DNA of 64,000 nucleotides from a virus: the IMG/VR virus record IMGVR_UViG_3300032194_000381, positions 3,677 through 67,676 of that record; one strand, written 5' to 3'. Position numbers and translations under genes: made by a program. The notes beneath the pieces were generated by a model. It ran no database searches, was not told where the DNA came from, and worked only from the letters and a program-made list of their open reading frames with translations. Positions 58,463 to 64,000 of the stretch are shown here, piece after piece (the stretch's first letter is position 1; the number at the start of each line of letters is the position of its first letter).

Positions 58463-59047
58463 TCACTCAAAAAACTGAGGAGGGCTCATGGCCTCTGTCA
58501 GTGCACTCTGGACATCAACTTTTGAACCACCTAAACCGGGACGCAAAGATCTAAACATCTTTAAAAAGTCAAATGCTTTAGGTTCTGTCTTCTTCTCGGT
58601 TTTAGCCTCTTCAACTGGAGGTGGTGCCGTAGGTGGAGTTGTCGCTGGGAGCGGCGCAGCACCACCAGCCAATGCACGTTTAGCAGCTTCTTGTGCTTCC
58701 GGGAGATACTGTTTGTATGCGCCAGAGGTATAAACCGACCAAGCTCCGAGACCTTGCCTTTTGCGGATATCTAATGCTGCTTTGGCGTTCACCGTGGGAT
58801 TCTTGAGCTCTTCGTTGCTTCTCAATCCGTAACGCTGGCGCCTCTCCTCGCCGAGCTTGTATCCAGGCTCATCAAGCATGTTGATCTGAAACAGGCCATA
58901 TGAATCGTCTGGGTATCTTGGATTATGTGCTTTGGGGTTTAATCCTGATTCTGCAGTAGAGATCGCAATCATTGTCGGGATCTCGGACTGCTTGAAACCA
59001 GCCTGATTAAGGATTACTGCTAATTGACCTGGAGTTACTCTTGACAC
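58463..59047 (-). CDS. virion lytic transglycosylase (SLT/lysozyme-like)
   Basis: AESG, SYGLFQIN, N.KAA, G.GAWSVY; GTG start 59047. Confidence 0.8.
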   Translation of the reverse strand: MSRVTPGQLAVILNQAGFKQSEIPTMIAISTAESGLNPKAHNPRYPDDSYGLFQINMLDEPGYKLGEERRQRYGLRSNEELKNPTVNAKAALDIRKRQGLGAWSVYTSGAYKQYLPEAQEAAKRALAGGAAPLPATTPPTAPPPVEEAKTEKKTEPKAFDFLKMFRSLRPGLGGSKVDVQSALTEAMSPPQFFE

Positions 59048-59051
59048 GGTT

Positions 59052-59531
59052 TCAGCGGTGATTGGTTTCGAGAATGAGGCGGGTGCCAACAGCAACATCA
59101 GCGGGGCCAGGAAGAGCTTGGATAAACTCGGCACCTTCACGGTTGAACCTATACCTAGCCTGCTCAGGATTCCTGTAGTTTGGTACATATAAATGCAGGG
59201 CCAAACGATCAGTCTCGTATAGATAAATCTGAGTCCAAGTCTTCAACGTATCTTTGAAGTCCGTGGTGGCGATCGTACGGTCGACGTCACCAGCAATGGA
59301 CTCCACTCGACCACGAGGGACAGTGTTGTTATTGATTGTCCCGGTCATGTCGGTACGCTTCTCAGCTTCGTCGCACCGCTCGACCTGCTCAACGATCTTG
59401 CTATACCAATAGGAGTCCTGAACGTTATCCAGAGCTTCTTCTAATCGTGCAATGTCACCGGCAGGCACTGAGGTGAGGTTATAACCTAAATGCCACCGTA
59501 CCTTTGACTTAATGAAAGTATCAAGCTGCAT
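59052..59531 (-). CDS. head-tail adaptor-like protein
   Basis: position after capsid genes; KVRWHLGY N-terminal helix. Confidence 0.45.
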   Translation of the reverse strand: MQLDTFIKSKVRWHLGYNLTSVPAGDIARLEEALDNVQDSYWYSKIVEQVERCDEAEKRTDMTGTINNNTVPRGRVESIAGDVDRTIATTDFKDTLKTWTQIYLYETDRLALHLYVPNYRNPEQARYRFNREGAEFIQALPGPADVAVGTRLILETNHR

Positions 59532-59600
59532 TAATCAACACCGATGCATTATTGGTACAGCTTTTAGATGCACCAATAACACATTAACACGCGCCAATAA

Positions 59601-60041
59601 TTACTCGACACGCACAAGGTTCTCGCCGAAAATTTGATCCCAATCAACACGCTTAATTGACTTGAGCTGCTCCAATCGCTGGAAACGCTCACCAGGGAGC
59701 GACAGCTGAAGATCTTTGATGTCGCGAGCAGTCTTCAGGCCAACACCAGGAAGAGCATCCGCGATCTGCCGCGCAGATGCGAGATTCAGATTCACACGAG
59801 TGTCAATCGGAAAAGTTTCTTTCTTGGTCGGCTTCGCTGGCTTCACACCTTCTGCAGCCAGAGACTCTGTCAGACGCTCCTCATTGCGTTCCTGCTCCAT
59901 GGTTGCATCCAGATGCGGAGTCAGATCATCTTCGTCAATATAAAGAACTTCTTCGTTGGCATCGAGACACATCAGAATGCCTTCCCCGTGCTGAGAAACA
60001 ACCTCAACTAGACCTCCTGTGACACGGTTCTGGTAAAGCAT
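59601..60041 (-). CDS. helix-hairpin-helix (ComEA/PsbU-like) protein
   Basis: RVNLNLAS....LPGVG.KTA.DI...F..LEQL. Confidence 0.7.
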   Translation of the reverse strand: MLYQNRVTGGLVEVVSQHGEGILMCLDANEEVLYIDEDDLTPHLDATMEQERNEERLTESLAAEGVKPAKPTKKETFPIDTRVNLNLASARQIADALPGVGLKTARDIKDLQLSLPGERFQRLEQLKSIKRVDWDQIFGENLVRVE

Positions 60042-60093
60042 GATTACAATCGATTACTGATATAGCATATCAAAATAAATTCTTGTAGACAAT

Positions 60094-60118
60094 AAAAAAG
60101 CGGGCCATAAAGACCCGC
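60094..60118 (-). terminator. intrinsic terminator after capsid operon
   Basis: GCGGGTC-TTTAT-GGCCCGC followed by T6. Confidence 0.8.
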
Positions 60119-60141
60119 TGTGTTGATATTGTGAGTAACGA

Positions 60142-60963
60142 TCAGGAATCGCTACCGCCCACTTGAGAGGCGAAGTCCAGGCTGCCAACAATATCCATGA
60201 AGGAAGTAGCAGCAGCAGGACGCAGGTAGTTGACGCGGCAGATGATGTAAGCGGCCTTACCAGCATCCTTATCATCAGAGCTGATGAAGACACCGTCGCC
60301 GTCCACGGTGGTGGAGGTCACGCCGTTGACGTTGTACACCTTGAAGGTGGTGTCAGTGGTGACGCGATACATCATGGCGTTTGCAGCGTCCTGGTCGTCG
60401 ATACCGGCGGTGGTAACGGCGGTCCAGAAGGGTGCTTCTGCCACGGAAACGTCGGATTCACCCTGGGCGATGGTGCCTGAGGAGAATGCGGTGGTGATGG
60501 CGGTAGCAGCAGCCAGACCGTTGGCCTGGGTAGCGGGGACGCCATAGGGAACGCCGCTGTTGTCGGGACCGAACAGCAGGATCTCGGTGTTGGTGCCGTC
60601 GATATCTGCAGTCAGAGGAGTAGCAGGATAGGAAGGCTCACCAGCGGAGGGGATGTCCTGGCCGATTGCAATCGAAGCGCTGTAGATGTAAGCGGGACGA
60701 TCAGCGTCAGCTTGGACGACCAGGGAGGTGCGGTCATCGCGCACACGGTCGCTGGAGCGACGGTCGGGAGAAGGAACCGTCAGGTTGAAGCTCTTGTTGT
60801 CAGCTTTGTCAGCGGCCAGGTTGGTCACTTTGACATAACCAACCATTTCGTAGAGCTCGAAGCCAGGCCAGCCAAAAACACCTTCGGTGTTGTAGGAGGA
60901 CAGGCGGTTGATTTGATTACCGGGCTGCAGAATAGCGCCCTTTTCAGCAGTGTAAGATGCCAT
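60142..60963 (-). CDS. minor capsid / decoration-type protein
   Basis: directly follows the capsid gene with GGAGG SD and similar biased codon usage. Confidence 0.55.
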   Translation of the reverse strand: MASYTAEKGAILQPGNQINRLSSYNTEGVFGWPGFELYEMVGYVKVTNLAADKADNKSFNLTVPSPDRRSSDRVRDDRTSLVVQADADRPAYIYSASIAIGQDIPSAGEPSYPATPLTADIDGTNTEILLFGPDNSGVPYGVPATQANGLAAATAITTAFSSGTIAQGESDVSVAEAPFWTAVTTAGIDDQDAANAMMYRVTTDTTFKVYNVNGVTSTTVDGDGVFISSDDKDAGKAAYIICRVNYLRPAAATSFMDIVGSLDFASQVGGSDS

Positions 60964-60982
60964 TAGTTACGTACCTCCTTTA

Positions 60983-62128
60983 TCACTCAGTAATGGTGAA
61001 GGCGGTGGTCACGAAGTCCTTATTCAGGTTCGCGAAACCGGCGTACAGCTGCCAAATCAGGATGATGAAGCGGCTGAAGTCGTCGTTGTTGTTGATCAGC
61101 ACCTGAGCGTTCGGGCCGCCGATACCAACACCAACTGCCTGAGGACCGAAGAACAGGCCAGCAGGAGTGGTACGACCAGCAACCGCGCCGGAACCATCGC
61201 CAATGTCAACAGTTGCAGTCTTGCTGGGGAAGTTAGTGGACTCGAAGAAGCGCACACCCTCGAACACGAAGCCGGAAGGCATGACGGGCTCACCAGCCAC
61301 GAACTGAGCCTGGCCATACTGACCACCCTGATACAGAGCAGCGTTAGGAGCGGTCATACCCATCAGAGGGTTGGGGGCGCCCATGCCAGGATAACGAGCC
61401 ACTTCGCGGAAGCCCTGGTCAGCACGCAGGTCCTTCATGAAGGAAGGATCAGCGATACAACGGTAGTAACCGTCTTGGAACACAGGAACGTTGCGCTTAC
61501 GCAGGCTCTTGACAACGTTCAGGAGGTCAGTCTTGACGTTGAACTTGAAGCGCTCTGAGGCGTACTCGGTAGCGGTGTATGCACTAACGGTGACACCAGT
61601 CTTGGTGTGATCGTTGGGATAGTAGTAACCGCCTTGGGTGTCGCCGGACTGGCCACGAGACTCAGCCTTGAACAGCTCGTCCAGGAACACACGATCGCGC
61701 CAACGACGGTAGTCGTCGAGCAGGGTCAGCGAACCGATGGACTGGTGGAACATGTTGAGGTTCCCGGTGTCCAGCAGGAGACGCTGAGCGGTCATCAGGG
61801 TCTCGCGAGCAATCTTGAAGGTGCTCGGGAGATTGGTGTTGTTCGGATCCGCAGGGCCGGTGTACTCACGCAGAGACACAAGCACCTTGTCCTTGACGAT
61901 CGAACGGCTGTTGGCAGTACCGATCGTTTGGTCTTGGGTACGCTCGCGGCTGGTCTTCGTACCGGGGTTACCGAAGAAACGGTAACGATCCAGCTGCACG
62001 GTTTGACCAGGCTGCTTTGTGAAGTCGTGGACTACGACGGGCTCGCAAGCCATCTCCACGACATAAGCCGGGTGGGGGCGGTACAGTTCCGCACCCAACA
62101 GCTTGGGAAAGTCGTTATCGATGAACAT
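60983..62128 (-). CDS. major capsid protein
   Basis: 381 aa, strong codon bias, PGQTV, G..FEGVRFFES, FFGPQAVG, HK97-type layout after scaffold. Confidence 0.75.
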   Translation of the reverse strand: MFIDNDFPKLLGAELYRPHPAYVVEMACEPVVVHDFTKQPGQTVQLDRYRFFGNPGTKTSRERTQDQTIGTANSRSIVKDKVLVSLREYTGPADPNNTNLPSTFKIARETLMTAQRLLLDTGNLNMFHQSIGSLTLLDDYRRWRDRVFLDELFKAESRGQSGDTQGGYYYPNDHTKTGVTVSAYTATEYASERFKFNVKTDLLNVVKSLRKRNVPVFQDGYYRCIADPSFMKDLRADQGFREVARYPGMGAPNPLMGMTAPNAALYQGGQYGQAQFVAGEPVMPSGFVFEGVRFFESTNFPSKTATVDIGDGSGAVAGRTTPAGLFFGPQAVGVGIGGPNAQVLINNNDDFSRFIILIWQLYAGFANLNKDFVTTAFTITE

Positions 62129-62242
62129 AATGATTTCTCAGCTAAGTTTTAAGCGCTGATACTTGAGGACAAAAATCCTCTAAATATGGAACTATTCATT
62201 CCATTACAAAAAATTATAGCAATGCTTTATCAACTGGGTTAT

Positions 62243-62503
62243 TTAAGCCTCAGGATTTACGAACTGTCCGTAGCCCAGGTTGTACCCACCGATCATGTTG
62301 CCAGGGGAATAAGGACCTGAGTTCACGACACCCATAGGACGCATTGGGTTCAGCAATCCGTCAGGGGGCTGAAGAGCAGGATTGGCAGCAGCAATCTCAG
62401 GATTGATCGGCGCTTCAGCAGCTGCTTGAGCGGCGGCCATCTCGAGCATTGCTTTTGCAGCCATGGCCTTGTCAACGGCCTTCTTAGCTTTACTGTTGTC
62501 CAT
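62243..62503 (-). CDS. low-complexity protein
   Basis: 86 aa A/P/M-rich. Confidence 0.55.
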   Translation of the reverse strand: MDNSKAKKAVDKAMAAKAMLEMAAAQAAAEAPINPEIAAANPALQPPDGLLNPMRPMGVVNSGPYSPGNMIGGYNLGYGQFVNPEA

Positions 62504-62937
62504 TACTTTTTACCCTTGTCATATGATTGGGGGAGAGCACCCAGCATCAATTGACCTGTGGGGCGCATGTTTTTCATCAGTTCGTACTGATTACTGGTGT
62601 TGATCTGGTTCTGCACCATCTCGGCAGTGCTCAACATCCCAGGAGCCAGAAGGCCATTGCGGGGAAGAGGTGAGCCAGGGAGATTGAGCTTGAGATAAGA
62701 ATTATCCAAGTCCCGAGGCATGGGAGGGAGAGGATTATCCGCTTCACCAATCTTTGGATCGGGGTCCTGTGCACGTGCGAAGGCATACTCATCAATGTTC
62801 CCTGCCTGTACCTGACGTGCAGTATCTCCTGCACCAAACTGAACTAAGCCTGGAGCACCAATAGGTCCGCCTGCAGTACCGATAGCCGCAAGAAAATCAT
62901 CTGCCCGCTGCCTAGCTCCCGCTTTCTTGTCTTTCAT
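62503..62937 (-). CDS. low-complexity protein (DDFLAAI)
   Basis: 144 aa. Confidence 0.55.
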   Translation of the reverse strand: MKDKKAGARQRADDFLAAIGTAGGPIGAPGLVQFGAGDTARQVQAGNIDEYAFARAQDPDPKIGEADNPLPPMPRDLDNSYLKLNLPGSPLPRNGLLAPGMLSTAEMVQNQINTSNQYELMKNMRPTGQLMLGALPQSYDKGKK

Positions 62938-62940
62938 AGT

Positions 62941-62971
62941 AAAAAAATAGGGGGCAGTTTCCTACCCCCAT
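62941..62971 (-). terminator. intrinsic terminator
   Basis: ATGGGGGTAG-GAAA-CTGCCCCCTAT followed by T-run. Confidence 0.7.
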
Positions 62972-62995
62972 TTTAAACTTAGTTAAGTTTGGAGA

Positions 62996-63988
62996 TCACT
63001 CCATCACCAGGAGCTTGTTGCGGAACACCTCAGGGGTCTGCTGAGCAGAGTTCAGGTAGCGCCAAGCGTTGCTGGGGTCGCGGTCAGCCAGGTTGCCAAA
63101 GCTGTTCCAGAAGTCGCCAGCGTTGGCAGGAGCCTGGGGCTGGGGAGGAACGGGCATCTGGGGACGCTCAGGAGCGACTTGCTGAGGAGCGGCAGGCTGC
63201 TGCTGTTGGAACTGTTGACCAACAGTCATGCGAGGGGCCTGGACTTGCTCATCGGGGATCGGATGAGGACCGTTCTCGCCGAAGAACTCACAGGTGTAGT
63301 CAGCAAGGACGTCAGGATCAGTCAGGATGGCCTCATAAGCTTTGTGCTCATTGGACAATTCCTGGAGAAGCTCACAAGCTTGGACGAGCTGCTGATTGGT
63401 TTGAATCAGAGCGTCCTCGACGTCACAGGCGTACTTGTTGACGATCGCTGCAGCATCAGGGCCGAAGTGATCAATAACCTCAAGACTTGCTTCGCTTACT
63501 CCGTTGGCCCGCAGCTGATCCGGAGTAATCTCCAGAGAAGTTAGGGAAGAGTCGTTGGAGAATGCCTGGTTGTTGTTGATCGAAGGCGTATAGGTCTGCG
63601 CTGCCGGGTTGCTGAACTGGGTTGTTTGTTGGGAACCGTAGCTGGCCGGGTCGATCGCTGGACTCTGAGTCGATTGTTGACCCAGGGACGGGAATTGGAC
63701 GGGTGAACTCAGGAGCCCCACCACCCGATTGAACGCCTCCTTGTAAGGGTTCTCCGCTTGTTGGGGAGCCTGGTACTGCTGGGGGCTGTACTGAGTAGGG
63801 GTTGAGACCGGCGCTTGGGCCGTCCCCATCTGGGCCTGCATTTGCGGGGCTGGGGCCGTTGCCTGCTGATAAGGCGCCACCCATTGGGAAGTCGTTGAAA
63901 CCGCCGGTGCCTGCGCTGCCGTCTGGGCCGGAGCCGCGTAGCTGCTCGGTTGGGTCGGGGATACTTGGGGTGCCGATTGGGTCGGCAT
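62996..63988 (-). CDS. capsid scaffolding-like protein
   Basis: Q/P/A-rich disordered ends, central coiled coil, upstream of capsid gene. Confidence 0.55.
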   Translation of the reverse strand: MPTQSAPQVSPTQPSSYAAPAQTAAQAPAVSTTSQWVAPYQQATAPAPQMQAQMGTAQAPVSTPTQYSPQQYQAPQQAENPYKEAFNRVVGLLSSPVQFPSLGQQSTQSPAIDPASYGSQQTTQFSNPAAQTYTPSINNNQAFSNDSSLTSLEITPDQLRANGVSEASLEVIDHFGPDAAAIVNKYACDVEDALIQTNQQLVQACELLQELSNEHKAYEAILTDPDVLADYTCEFFGENGPHPIPDEQVQAPRMTVGQQFQQQQPAAPQQVAPERPQMPVPPQPQAPANAGDFWNSFGNLADRDPSNAWRYLNSAQQTPEVFRNKLLVME

Positions 63989-64000
63989 TGCGGTATCGGC

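Noticed and set aside
59601-60041. psbU auxiliary photosynthesis gene
   Set aside because: No thylakoid signal peptide; only the generic HhH motif is shared
60983-60990. Capsid read-through or frameshift extension
   Set aside because: Tandem TGA-TAA stops, and the downstream gene has its own SD
61607-62152. Long antisense ORFs (also 1512-1988, 18455-18892, 60163-60480, 63179-63544)
   Set aside because: Shadow frames of codon-biased genes with no protein-like features
1-64000. CRISPR array / Cas4 system
   Set aside because: No regularly spaced repeats seen; the PD-(D/E)XK gene sits in the replication module and lacks an evident Cas4 Fe-S Cys set

Overview
A 64-kb segment of a dsDNA cyanophage genome, probably infecting picocyanobacteria (Synechococcus/Prochlorococcus type). 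Gene content resembles the S-EIV1-like lineage, but this is recalled, not searched. The left ~34 kb is mostly + strand early and replication genes: AlpA-like HTH, ArdC, ThyX, an NrdR-type Zn ribbon, T7-like PolA (Tyr762), dCMP deaminase, tandem-OB SSB, a PD-(D/E)XK nuclease and a PrimPol-D5 primase/helicase. The right ~30 kb is mostly - strand morphogenesis genes: scaffold, major capsid, adaptor-like, transglycosylase and many fibre genes. There is also tRNA-Leu(UAA), three 2OG-Fe(II)/cupin oxygenases, an outer-membrane beta-barrel and two NblA-like genes. No portal, large terminase, integrase, reverse transcriptase, CRISPR array or photosystem gene was recognised. Most notable: (i) a short FLxx[YF][VILM] motif shared by many unrelated, probably late proteins; (ii) a triplicated fibre-tip cassette whose variable part is bracketed by near-identical DNA arms; (iii) four enzyme-fold genes missing catalytic residues; (iv) four structured intergenic RNA candidates, one directly upstream of a double degenerate-HNH gene; (v) several host-mimic small proteins. 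All family assignments come from motif recognition by eye.
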